Position numbers and translations under genes: made by a program | Shown here: one piece after another, positions 1 to 6,503 of the stretch | Numbering within the stretch: position 1 is the first letter of the stretch | Layout of the letters: each line of letters starts with the position of its first letter | The notes under the pieces: generated by a model | Databases searched by the model: none | Told to the model about the DNA's origin: nothing | Seen by the model: the letters and a program-made list of their open reading frames with translations, nothing else | IMG/VR virus record: IMGVR_UViG_2681813205_000018 | Coordinates: 1-9,671 of that record | DNA length: 9,671 nucleotides | DNA from: a virus | Taxonomy: Duplodnaviria; Heunggongvirae; Uroviricota; Caudoviricetes | Reading direction: 5' to 3' (one strand)

Positions 1-94
1 CATACGCCTCAGGCTGGCTACTTAACCCCTGACCACTGCCGGGTAACTCGAAGTATTGCCCTGCGTTCTGTGGGGCGGGGTGGGTTTATGGATA

Positions 95-150
95 CAATTT
101 ACAAATTAAAATTTAACTGGTCAACATGTTTATTATTAAATTTGTAATTG
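95..150 (-). promoter_or_regulatory. OL/PL-like operator and leftward promoter region
   Basis: Imperfect inverted repeat CAATTTACAAATTAAA (95-110) / TTAAATTTGTAATTG (136-150). On the minus strand a sigma70-like -35 TTGACC (rc of 119-124) and -10 TAAATT (rc of 96-101) with a 17-nt spacer point leftward out of the window. Shares the exact 14-mer TTAAATTTGTAATT with the repressor/cro intergenic region (1378-1391). Confidence 0.35.
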
Positions 151-192
151 CGGGCTGTTGCATCAGTCCCAAAATGGGACTACTATACAGTT

Positions 193-495
193 ATGAAGAT
201 TATCTCAGTTAAAACACTCAGGGATTTTTGGGCGGAGAATCCTGATGCAGAACAACCGCTAAGGGCATGGGTGGATGAGGCGGCAAAAGCTGACTGGAAA
301 AGCCCAGCAGACATTAAGGCACAATACCGAACGGCCAGTATATTGAAAAACCGGCGCGTGGTATTCAACATAAAAGGTAATCATTACCGTTTAATTGTTG
401 CAATTGCGTATCAGCGAGGATGGGTATTTGTTAAATTCATCGGAAACCACAAGGAATACGATGCTATTGATGCTGATACCATCGAACTGGAGTAA
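193..495 (+). CDS. higB: Type II toxin HigB (RelE-fold mRNA interferase family)
   Basis: Same frame as track ORF 148..495, but started at ATG 193 because the track start is a TTG. About 100 aa. Alignable by eye to E. coli HigB (N-terminal I..K.L.D, central VFN..GN..R.V, C-terminal HKEYD). Toxin-first gene order with an HTH antitoxin gene 2 nt downstream. Confidence 0.8.
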   Translation: MKIISVKTLRDFWAENPDAEQPLRAWVDEAAKADWKSPADIKAQYRTASILKNRRVVFNIKGNHYRLIVAIAYQRGWVFVKFIGNHKEYDAIDADTIELE

Positions 496-497
496 GC

Positions 498-857
498 ATG
501 AACATCAAACCTATTCGTACAGAGCAAGATTATGAAGCCGCGTTGCGTGCTGTTGAACCCATGTTCGACAATGAGCCCGAAATTGACACGCCTGAGGGGG
601 ATTTTTTTGAGGTGATGTGTTTGCTAATAGAGGAATATGAAAAAAAACATTATCCCATTGAGCCACCATCCCCAATTGAAGCTATAAGATTTCGCATGGA
701 ACAGCAGGGGCTGACTGTGAAAGATTTGGAACCCGCAATTGGGAAAAAAAATCGGGTTTATGAGGTGTTGAATGGTACCAGAAGCCTTACGTTACCAATG
801 ATTCGCCGTCTTCATAATCAATTTGGTATCCCCCTGGAAAGCCTGGTTGGATTATAA
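498..857 (+). CDS. higA: Antitoxin HigA (XRE-family HTH)
   Basis: 119-aa ORF starting 2 nt after the higB stop. C-terminal HTH segment LTVKDLEPAIGKKNRVYEVLNGTRSLTLPMIRRLHNQFGIP is alignable to the HigA HTH region. Confidence 0.8.
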   Translation: MNIKPIRTEQDYEAALRAVEPMFDNEPEIDTPEGDFFEVMCLLIEEYEKKHYPIEPPSPIEAIRFRMEQQGLTVKDLEPAIGKKNRVYEVLNGTRSLTLPMIRRLHNQFGIPLESLVGL

Positions 858-872
858 AATCTGCTAGTCATT

Positions 873-921
873 TGCCTGATGCTCGTTCCAGAAAAGGAAT
901 GCATCAGGCAGTTTTGTTTTT
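873..921 (+). terminator. Candidate intrinsic terminator after higBA
   Basis: 10-bp inverted repeat TGCCTGATGC (873-882) / GCATCAGGCA (901-910) with inner TTCC/GGAA pairing, followed by GTTTTGTTTTT. Lies between the convergent higA and repressor genes; the 3' arm overlaps the repressor stop codon. Confidence 0.45.
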
Positions 922-1296
922 CTGCCGCAGTAACTCTTCAAGTTTCCGTTTATAGAAATCGCGTTTTTGCTCCATATCACGAATGATCTGCTCTGCGTCG
1001 CTTTGAGGTAACTCATCTAAAAGCGATATGATTTTTCGTTGTTGTTCTGTAAGTTGCGGTTGGTTGTCATTACTGGATACAGCCATTTTATCGCCGAGAG
1101 TTTCTTCTTCCATAAAGAACCAATGGACGGGATGTTGTGAGAGCTCTGCTAATTTTTCCAGTTTATCCATTCTTGGCATCACGCCTTTCAACCAACCTTG
1201 CACGGATTGGGGTTTTACACCAAGACGTCTTCCCAGCTCTGACTGGTTTATATTCAATTCCTGCAACACCTGCTGAAGGCGTTTTACAAAGATCAT
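904..1296 (-). CDS. Prophage repressor, Cro/CI-type HTH (RacR-like)
   Basis: Minus-strand ORF. ATG at 1294-1296 is preceded by GAGGGG; the track start at 1302 is a GTG. N-terminal HTH QSELGRRLGVKPQSVQGWLKG and a charged helical C-terminal tail resembling RacR-type repressors as I recall them. Divergent from the cro-like gene. Confidence 0.7.
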   Translation of the reverse strand: MIFVKRLQQVLQELNINQSELGRRLGVKPQSVQGWLKGVMPRMDKLEKLAELSQHPVHWFFMEEETLGDKMAVSSNDNQPQLTEQQRKIISLLDELPQSDAEQIIRDMEQKRDFYKRKLEELLRQKNKTA

Positions 1297-1338
1297 CACC
1301 ACCCCTCGTAAACTAGTTCCGCGATCCTACAGAAAAAA

Positions 1339-1395
1339 TTGATAAGTGGCATTACAAATAGAAGTTGAAATTTAAATTTAAATTTGTAATTATCG
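1339..1395 (+). promoter_or_regulatory. OR-like operator/promoter region of the immunity switch
   Basis: Intergenic region between the divergent repressor and ydaS-like genes. Palindromic half-sites TTACAAAT (1352-1359) / ATTTGTAA (1382-1389) around an AAATTTAAATTT core. Candidate rightward promoter: -35 TTGAAA (1365-1370), -10 TAATTA (1387-1392). GGAGGG RBS at 1413-1418 precedes ATG 1423. Confidence 0.4.
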
Positions 1396-1422
1396 GTGTC
1401 ATCGTAAAGTTCGGAGGGAAAC

Positions 1423-1683
1423 ATGCAAAAAAGTACTCAAGTGAAAATCCTGTCAATAATGAGCCAATCAGAATTAGGGCGTCGTCTTGGTAAAACACCG
1501 CAAACCATAAGTGGGTGGTTTAAAAAACGAGTGCCAGCGGAGGAGGTTATACCAGCATGTGAGGCGCTTGACTGGGGAGTAACTCCGCATGAATTGCGCC
1601 CTGATAAATACCCTAATCCAACCGATGGTTTACCTGTTGAGTATCAGGCTAACGCACAAGCAGCGGCGGGAGTTGATTCATGA
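1423..1683 (+). CDS. ydaS: Cro-like HTH regulator, YdaS family
   Basis: 86-aa ORF with a strong RBS and an HTH (SQSELGRRLGKTPQTISGWFKK). Occupies the cro position, divergent from the repressor. Its stop overlaps the next start (ATGA at 1680-1683). Confidence 0.75.
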   Translation: MQKSTQVKILSIMSQSELGRRLGKTPQTISGWFKKRVPAEEVIPACEALDWGVTPHELRPDKYPNPTDGLPVEYQANAQAAAGVDS

Positions 1684-2117
1684 AAATCAAGCATGAGCAC
1701 ATCCGCATGGCGATGAATGCGTGGCTGCTTTATCCGAGGGTAGGGCGCAAAAAAATCGCTGATGATATAGCGACAGCATATTTTGAGCTTGAAATGACTT
1801 ATCCACCAATGCATGACACCTCTACGACAGAGGGTATTGGATTGAACATACAAAATATTTTTCGCTGGCTTGAAAAGGATACGCCTGATGCTGTTGAAAA
1901 AATTCAGGCACTAATTCCAGCTATCCTGACTGTTCTTCCGCGTGAACTGCGTTATCACCTCAGTATTTTTGACACTGTTGAGCGCCGTGCATTACTGGCG
2001 GCCCAGGAAGCGTTGAGCACGGCAATTGATGCGCATGATGATGCAGTCCAGGCAGTTTACCGGAAAGCGTATTTCAGCGACGGCGGGTCATCCGGCGAGT
2101 CTGTTGTGGTGCATTGA
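1680..2117 (+). CDS. ydaT: YdaT-like protein (cII-position, Rac prophage toxic protein family)
   Basis: 145-aa ORF translationally coupled to the ydaS-like gene. N-terminus MKIKHEHI and C-terminal RRALLAAQEALSTAIDAHDDAVQAVYRKAYFS match my recollection of E. coli Rac YdaT. Confidence 0.75.
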   Translation: MKIKHEHIRMAMNAWLLYPRVGRKKIADDIATAYFELEMTYPPMHDTSTTEGIGLNIQNIFRWLEKDTPDAVEKIQALIPAILTVLPRELRYHLSIFDTVERRALLAAQEALSTAIDAHDDAVQAVYRKAYFSDGGSSGESVVVH

Positions 2118-2203
2118 TATTTATGCCAGACCCCTGCTGATTCTGTTGATTGGGGAATCACAGAATATCACCAGAGGATGGTTCGTCACAAGATGAGGCA
2201 ATT

Positions 2204-3214
2204 ATGGCCGCATTACCATACATGCAACTGTACATAGCTGATTACCTGGCTGACACCATGCATTTGTCCGCAGAGGAGCACGGTGCGTATTTGTTGCTGA
2301 TGTTCAATTACTGGCAAACAGGGAAACCAATACCTAAAAACAGGCTGGCAAAAATTTCCCGTCTGACTAACGAGCGATGGGCTGATGTGGAACCATCCTT
2401 GCGGGAGTTTTTTTGCGATAACAGCGATGAATGGGTGCATCTTCGGATTGAGGAAGATCTGGCATCAGTCAGGGAAAAATTGACCAAAAAATCAGCCGCC
2501 GGAAAAGCATCTGTTCAGGCCAGAAGAAGCAGAAAGGAAGCATATGTTCAAACAAAACAAGAGAGAGATTTAACAGGTGTTCAAACAAATGTTGGTGTTG
2601 TGTTTGAACATGACGCAAACACAAAAGCAACTAATAAAGATACAGATCTAAAAGAATTAAACCCCACACATAACGTGCGTGAACGCGAGAGTATTCCGAC
2701 CAGTGAGTCGCATGGTGCGCCGTTGCAGACAGCCGAACCTGAATACCTGGACGGCATGAGCGAACCGATCGGGAAATTTTCGATGACTACTGTCTGGCAG
2801 CCGTCGCCGGATTTTCGACAACGGGCAGCAGTGTGGGGTATGGCTCTGCCTGAGCCGGAATTTACACCTGCTGAGCTTGCCGCATTCCGGGATTACTGGA
2901 TGGCGGAGGGGAAGGTTTTCACGCAGGTTCAGTGGGAGCAGAAATTTGCCCGCCACGTGCAGCACGTCAGGGCACAGGTAAAACCAGTCAGCAAGGGGGT
3001 AAGCCATGCAGCATCAGGTGGCACGGCATCACGGGCAGTTCAGGAAATCCGGGCAGCACGCGAACAGTGGGAACGTGAAAACGGATTTATCAGCAACGGA
3101 AACGGCCTGGAAGCTGTGGGAGCTTATGGGGGAGGTGTATTCGAACCGCTGGACTCAGAAGAACGGGGCCGCACCTTCGAAGCTCTGGATTGCCCAGATT
3201 GGTGCGATGACTGA
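2204..3214 (+). CDS. ydaU: Replication initiator, O-like (YdaU/DUF1376 N-terminal domain + DnaT-like C-terminal domain)
   Basis: Frame of track ORF 2150..3214, which starts at a TTG. Chosen start is ATG 2204 (MAALPYMQLYIADYL) with GAGG 7 nt upstream. N-terminal DUF1376-type domain, a low-complexity linker, and a C-terminal FTPAELAAFRDYWMAEG segment resembling the DnaT DNA-binding domain. Immediately precedes the P-like gene. Confidence 0.7.
   Translation: MAALPYMQLYIADYLADTMHLSAEEHGAYLLLMFNYWQTGKPIPKNRLAKISRLTNERWADVEPSLREFFCDNSDEWVHLRIEEDLASVREKLTKKSAAGKASVQARRSRKEAYVQTKQERDLTGVQTNVGVVFEHDANTKATNKDTDLKELNPTHNVRERESIPTSESHGAPLQTAEPEYLDGMSEPIGKFSMTTVWQPSPDFRQRAAVWGMALPEPEFTPAELAAFRDYWMAEGKVFTQVQWEQKFARHVQHVRAQVKPVSKGVSHAASGGTASRAVQEIRAAREQWERENGFISNGNGLEAVGAYGGGVFEPLDSEERGRTFEALDCPDWCDD
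2545..2610. repeat. Candidate origin iterons inside the O-like gene
   Basis: 10-mer TGTTCAAACA occurs directly at 2545 and 2578 and inverted (TGTTTGAACA) at 2601, followed by an A-rich stretch (2615-2660). Lies in the inter-domain linker of the O-like initiator, as ori-lambda lies within O. Confidence 0.3.
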
Positions 3215-3668
3215 ACAGCAAATCCGTCTGGTCTGCCGTCAGTGCATGGACCGCTGCCGGGCGGGTGAAACGTGGCCCCCGGACCTGGCTGAGTTTGTTG
3301 CGCTGATTTCGGAGAGTGGGGCAAATCCATTTGGTCTTACGGTGGATGCCGTGATGGAAGAGTACCGGCGCTGGCGCAATGAATCCTGGCGATACGACGG
3401 GAGTGATAAATACCCGTGGCCACAGCCTGTGCTGTACCACATCTGCCTCGAAATGCGTACCAGAGGGATTGAGCGCCAGATGACGCAGGGTGAGTTAAAA
3501 CTACTTGCAGAACGGCAACTGACGAAATGGGCAAAGCATGTTGGTAACGGGATGAGTGTTCCGCCAGTGCGACGACAACTGGAAGGGGCGAAACACCCGC
3601 AAGGGCCAACGCCAATTGAGCGGCTGAAACAGGAATACGAACGCCGGAAGGCAGCTGGTTTTATTTGA
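3126..3668 (+). CDS. Replication protein P-like (DnaB helicase loader)
   Basis: By-eye alignment to lambda P as I recall it: PPDLAEFVA vs PSPGQFVA, YPW motif, and a C-terminal LT..EL...A...L.......G...P.PV.Q pattern. Start is uncertain: ATG 3126 (GGGAG upstream) is chosen; ATG 3006 would overlap the O-like gene by about 200 nt; ATG 3207 overlaps the O stop. Confidence 0.6.
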   Translation: MGEVYSNRWTQKNGAAPSKLWIAQIGAMTEQQIRLVCRQCMDRCRAGETWPPDLAEFVALISESGANPFGLTVDAVMEEYRRWRNESWRYDGSDKYPWPQPVLYHICLEMRTRGIERQMTQGELKLLAERQLTKWAKHVGNGMSVPPVRRQLEGAKHPQGPTPIERLKQEYERRKAAGFI

Positions 3669-3701
3669 ATCTGAGAAACGATTTTGTCGGAGGAAATTTT
3701 A

Positions 3702-4418
3702 ATGGAAACCGTATTTGACGCACTGAAAGCACTGAAAAGAGCCTCTTCACAGGTAGTGGCGGCCCGCCTTGGAATCAGCCGTGAAGATGCGGTCAACGAA
3801 CTGTGGAAACTGAAGCGCCGCGGTGAAGCGGATAACAAGGGGTCGATGTGGTGGCTGATTCAGGCTGGTGAAAGTGAACCGGTGTCACCGGTACCGAAAG
3901 TGACAGCGCAAATGCTGACTGAGGCGATTGAACAACATGGCCCACAAACGGCGGATGAGCTGGCACTGATGTTCGGGATTACCTCCCGCCGGGCGAATTC
4001 ATCGCTGGCCATGGTAATCAGCAAAGGGCGTCTGATTCGCGTGAATCAGGGCGGTAAATTTCGTTACTGCATACCGGGCGCTGATTTACCGGCAGAGCCG
4101 GAAGCTGCATCCGTAGCGGAAACCGATGGTAAAGCCTTTCCTCAGCCAGCAGGTGTTGCGTTACCAGCTCGGGAAGCAGAAACACAGGAAGAAATAAAAA
4201 CGGAAAGTGTGGCGGTCACAGTGCAGTCACAGCCGTCGTTCACCAGAAAGCATCCGGATGGTCTGATTTTACCATCGCTGCATGTGGCTAACCGCGAGCT
4301 GCGCCGGGCAAAAGGTCAGGTTCAGAAGTGGGAGCGAGTCTGCGCCGCGCTGCGGGAGCTGAACAAGTGCCGGGATATTCTCCGGGATATTACCGCCACC
4401 AGAGAACAGCAGCGGTGA
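3702..4418 (+). CDS. Hypothetical phage protein with two winged-helix-like segments
   Basis: Track ORF 3684..4418 starts at a TTG. ATG 3702 has GGAGG 7 nt upstream. Two HTH-like stretches ([20 protein letters not shown] and [22 protein letters not shown]). Family not recognised. Confidence 0.55.
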   Translation: METVFDALKALKRASSQVVAARLGISREDAVNELWKLKRRGEADNKGSMWWLIQAGESEPVSPVPKVTAQMLTEAIEQHGPQTADELALMFGITSRRANSSLAMVISKGRLIRVNQGGKFRYCIPGADLPAEPEAASVAETDGKAFPQPAGVALPAREAETQEEIKTESVAVTVQSQPSFTRKHPDGLILPSLHVANRELRRAKGQVQKWERVCAALRELNKCRDILRDITATREQQR

Positions 4419-4450
4419 GTGGGTGGAAGACGTGGTGCCGGGCGGAAATC

Positions 4451-4732
4451 ATGATACTCCGGCAGTGTGCGGGAACGATGAAGGTAAAAAGCGTTGGCGC
4501 ACTTATCGGACGAACTGAAGCGGCAGTGAGAACGAAGGCACGGGAGCTGGGCATCAGCATGATGTTACGTGGTGATTTTCACCCGTCGGCAAAATATTCT
4601 CAGCGTGATATTGAGCTGGCGCGGCAACTGCATCAGAGAGGCATGCAAAGAAGGGAAATTGCCAGAAAATTAGGCATGCCGCTGCGCATAGTGAATAACT
4701 ACGTTTATTTCGACAGGAGGGTGTCTGCGTGA
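4451..4732 (+). CDS. Hypothetical small HTH protein
   Basis: Track ORF 4328..4732 starts at a GTG and overlaps the previous gene. First in-frame ATG after the upstream stop is 4451; ATG 4478 is an alternative. C-terminal QRREIARKLGMPLRIV resembles a sigma-70 region 4 / resolvase-type HTH. Confidence 0.45.
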   Translation: MILRQCAGTMKVKSVGALIGRTEAAVRTKARELGISMMLRGDFHPSAKYSQRDIELARQLHQRGMQRREIARKLGMPLRIVNNYVYFDRRVSA

Positions 4733-4956
4733 AAATCCTGTATCAGGATTACGGCCCGGTGGGGCAGGTGGTTATCAGCAGTACTGTAATGGAGTTTCGG
4801 AAGCATAACCGTGTGGTGGATGCTGTGCTGTTAACCTGTCCGGGGATATCGGCGAGTCGTGCAGGTGTGTTTATTATGAAGACGAAATTATATGGCAGTA
4901 AGGCGTGGATAAAGAAGGCGTATCGTGTAGCGTTGCAGGAGGTTAACAGTGAGTGA
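4729..4956 (+). CDS. Hypothetical protein
   Basis: GTG start at 4729 overlaps the upstream stop (GTGA) and has AGGAGGG 8 nt upstream. 75 aa. No recognisable family. Confidence 0.45.
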   Translation: MKILYQDYGPVGQVVISSTVMEFRKHNRVVDAVLLTCPGISASRAGVFIMKTKLYGSKAWIKKAYRVALQEVNSE

Positions 4957-5260
4957 AATTAAAGAAATGCCGGTAGTTCGTGACGGATATGGCTACTGGA
5001 CACATCCTGAATATGAAAAATTCTGTGATGGTCGGGAATATATTTCAACGGAAGAGTTTAACGCCTGGATGGAGGAAAATAATCTTCAATACGTCCTCTG
5101 CTTCAGAGATGAAGGATGTGCTGACCTTGATGCGTGTGATGCTGATATTTCTGCATGGGAACCGGAACGACCAGAGGGCGATGGCTGGTTTATTGGTTCC
5201 ATTCATGATACGGAAGATGGCCCGGTTTGTGTCTGGTTGCGAAATAAGGCTGAAGCATAA
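4949..5260 (+). CDS. Hypothetical acidic phage protein
   Basis: GTG start at 4949 with AGGAGG 6 nt upstream, overlapping the previous stop. 103 aa, Cys/Asp-rich. The competing track ORF 4980..5285 is in another frame and lacks an RBS. Confidence 0.5.
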   Translation: MSEIKEMPVVRDGYGYWTHPEYEKFCDGREYISTEEFNAWMEENNLQYVLCFRDEGCADLDACDADISAWEPERPEGDGWFIGSIHDTEDGPVCVWLRNKAEA

Positions 5261-5359
5261 AGGCGATAAACCAACTAACAACTAAATACTGAAGATTTAA
5301 ATCAGAAACGATTTTTATTAAATCCTTAACCGGAGGGATTCCTGCACCCTCAGAACATC

Positions 5360-5390
5360 AGGAGGCCGCCCGAAAGGGCGGTAAGAAATG
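5360..5390 (+). promoter_or_regulatory. Shine-Dalgarno plus hairpin translation-initiation structure
   Basis: AGGAGG (5360-5365) lies 22 nt upstream of ATG 5388, but a 6-7 bp GC hairpin (CCGCCC 5366-5371, GAAA loop, GGGCGG 5376-5381) between them would bring the SD to about 6 nt from the start codon when folded. Confidence 0.4.
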
Positions 5391-5606
5391 AAACATTATT
5401 TAGAAAAAAATTACCCACGAAAGAGCAGAACAACAGAGTTTCTGTTTTTCATTCTGTTTATAGTGTTGATGATACCGATATCCCCGCTATTACTGGTCTG
5501 GATAATTGGAAGGACATTTGAACCAGTTATTGAGCTATATACCGATGTGACATGGGAATCATTCAGCGCACTGCACAATAAAATTAATCCGTATAAGGAA
5601 AACTGA
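5388..5606 (+). CDS. Small single-pass membrane protein (hypothetical)
   Basis: 72-aa ORF in a visibly AT-rich segment. One strongly hydrophobic stretch, FLFFILFIVLMIPISPLLLVWIIG, after a basic N-terminus. Confidence 0.5.
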   Translation: MKHYLEKNYPRKSRTTEFLFFILFIVLMIPISPLLLVWIIGRTFEPVIELYTDVTWESFSALHNKINPYKEN

Positions 5607-5607
5607 T

Positions 5608-6165
5608 ATGAGCACTATTACCAGAGAACGCGCGGAGATTAAATCATACATCACAGGCTTCCTGAGCGACTCGGCGCACGATAACAAGTCTTCAGACAGC
5701 CTGCTGGCTAATGTGTTTCGTATCGCGCTGGCATCACTGGAAGCAGAGCCGATAGCAATGGTAGTGCCTGATGAAATGGATTTGCTTACCTGCCATCTCG
5801 ACGGTGTAACTAAAACATATGCTGATGGCTGGAACGCCTGCCGCGTCGCCATGCTTCAGGCCGGAAACTTTCGGGAAAATAAGAATTCGTCAACCAACAA
5901 TTTTCGGGAAATCTCGGAAACGTCAACCAGATCTCCGATAACTCTGGATGGCTGGATAAGCTGTACTGAGCGAATGCCTGAAAAGAGCCAGAACGTGCTT
6001 ATTTCGATGAATATCGATAGCGAGGCTGGGCCATTAATATATTCCGCACGCTATCTCGGAGGCACGTTCCGGCGCGGAGGTATAGCAGTTAGTCCGGGTA
6101 ATGATCTTAGGCAAGCAACCCACTGGATGTCGCTACCAGAACCGCCGCAGGAGGTGAATCAATGA
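5608..6165 (+). CDS. DUF551 domain-containing phage protein
   Basis: ATG 5608 is 1 nt after the upstream stop, with AAGGA upstream. C-terminal WISCTERMPE...THWMSLPEPP matches the DUF551 signature as I recall it. Confidence 0.65.
   Translation: MSTITRERAEIKSYITGFLSDSAHDNKSSDSLLANVFRIALASLEAEPIAMVVPDEMDLLTCHLDGVTKTYADGWNACRVAMLQAGNFRENKNSSTNNFREISETSTRSPITLDGWISCTERMPEKSQNVLISMNIDSEAGPLIYSARYLGGTFRRGGIAVSPGNDLRQATHWMSLPEPPQEVNQ
5866..5931 (+). repeat. Imperfect 33-bp tandem duplication inside the DUF551 gene
   Basis: AACTTTCGGGAAAATAAGAATTCGTCAACCAAC (5866-5898) and AATTTTCGGGAAATCTCGGAAACGTCAACCAGA (5899-5931). Encodes an 11-aa repeat NFRENKNSSTN / NFREISETSTR. Confidence 0.6.
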
Positions 6166-6245
6166 CCTGGCCTGAAGCATTCACAACGGTAGGAATTGCG
6201 ATGGCGGTGGCGCTGGTGGTGTATTCGATTTGCCGCTGGGGATAA
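6162..6245 (+). CDS. Unannotated 27-aa hydrophobic peptide
   Basis: ATG 6162 overlaps the DUF551 stop (ATGA) and has AGGAGG 8 nt upstream (6148-6153). Encodes MTWPEAFTTVGIAMAVALVVYSICRWG, a single predicted TM helix. Absent from the ORF track because of its length. Confidence 0.35.
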   Translation: MTWPEAFTTVGIAMAVALVVYSICRWG

Positions 6246-6503
6246 AAACGGTTTGCGGGAAAAGGATAGTTAAGTAGAATTGCAGCGGGTGCTTGAGGCT
6301 ATCTGCCTCGGGCATGAACACCAACGGCAGATAGAGAAAAGCCCCAGTTAACATTACGCGTCCTGCAAGACGCTTAACATTAATCTGAGGCTCAATCCAT
6401 GCTGAACACATGTAGGTTAGCCTCTTACGTGCCGAAAGGCAAGGAGAAGCAGGCTATTGTTAACACCAAGCTGTAATGTCCCCTTTGAACCATTCTAAAA
6501 TGT

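Noticed and set aside
1-90. Possible leftward gene starting at the window edge (ATG = rc of 1-3, GAGG just upstream)
   Set aside because: Only the start codon lies in the window and the SD spacing is short; cannot be supported without sequence to the left.
148-192. N-terminal extensions of track ORFs that begin at TTG/GTG (148, 2150, 3684, 4328, 8264, 8803)
   Set aside because: These are non-ATG codons without convincing RBS. Internal ATG starts (193, 2204, 3702, 4451, 8273, 8812) have Shine-Dalgarno motifs at proper spacing and give lengths matching the recognised families.
183-371. 62-aa minus-strand ORF inside higB
   Set aside because: Antisense to a well-supported toxin gene; no RBS; Ser/Ala-rich low-complexity translation.
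1028-1276. 82-aa plus-strand ORF inside the repressor gene
   Set aside because: Antisense to the HTH repressor CDS; Cys/Ser-rich; no start signals.
1751-1777. Possible oop-like antisense terminator (minus strand) inside the ydaT-like gene
   Set aside because: The stem is only about 5 bp (TCGCT/AGCGA) despite a 7-T run; too weak to call without expression data.
2213-3838. Several minus-strand ORFs (2213-2440, 2657-3007, 3090-3440, 3124-3330, 3239-3838, 3337-3615) across the replication genes
   Set aside because: All are antisense to the recognisable O-like and P-like coding sequences and have Arg/Pro/Ser-rich compositions typical of GC-rich antisense frames.
4980-5285. 101-aa plus-strand ORF overlapping 4949-5260 in another frame; also minus-strand ORF 5045-5281
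   Set aside because: No RBS and no coupling to neighbours; the 4949 frame has AGGAGG and start/stop overlap with the upstream gene.
5559-5852. 97-aa minus-strand ORF overlapping the DUF551 gene start
   Set aside because: Antisense to a gene with a recognisable domain; no start signals.
6181-6411. 76-aa minus-strand ORF in the region upstream of the transposase
   Set aside because: Overlaps the better-supported small plus-strand ORF and has a Pro-rich C-terminus; no RBS. Cannot be fully excluded.
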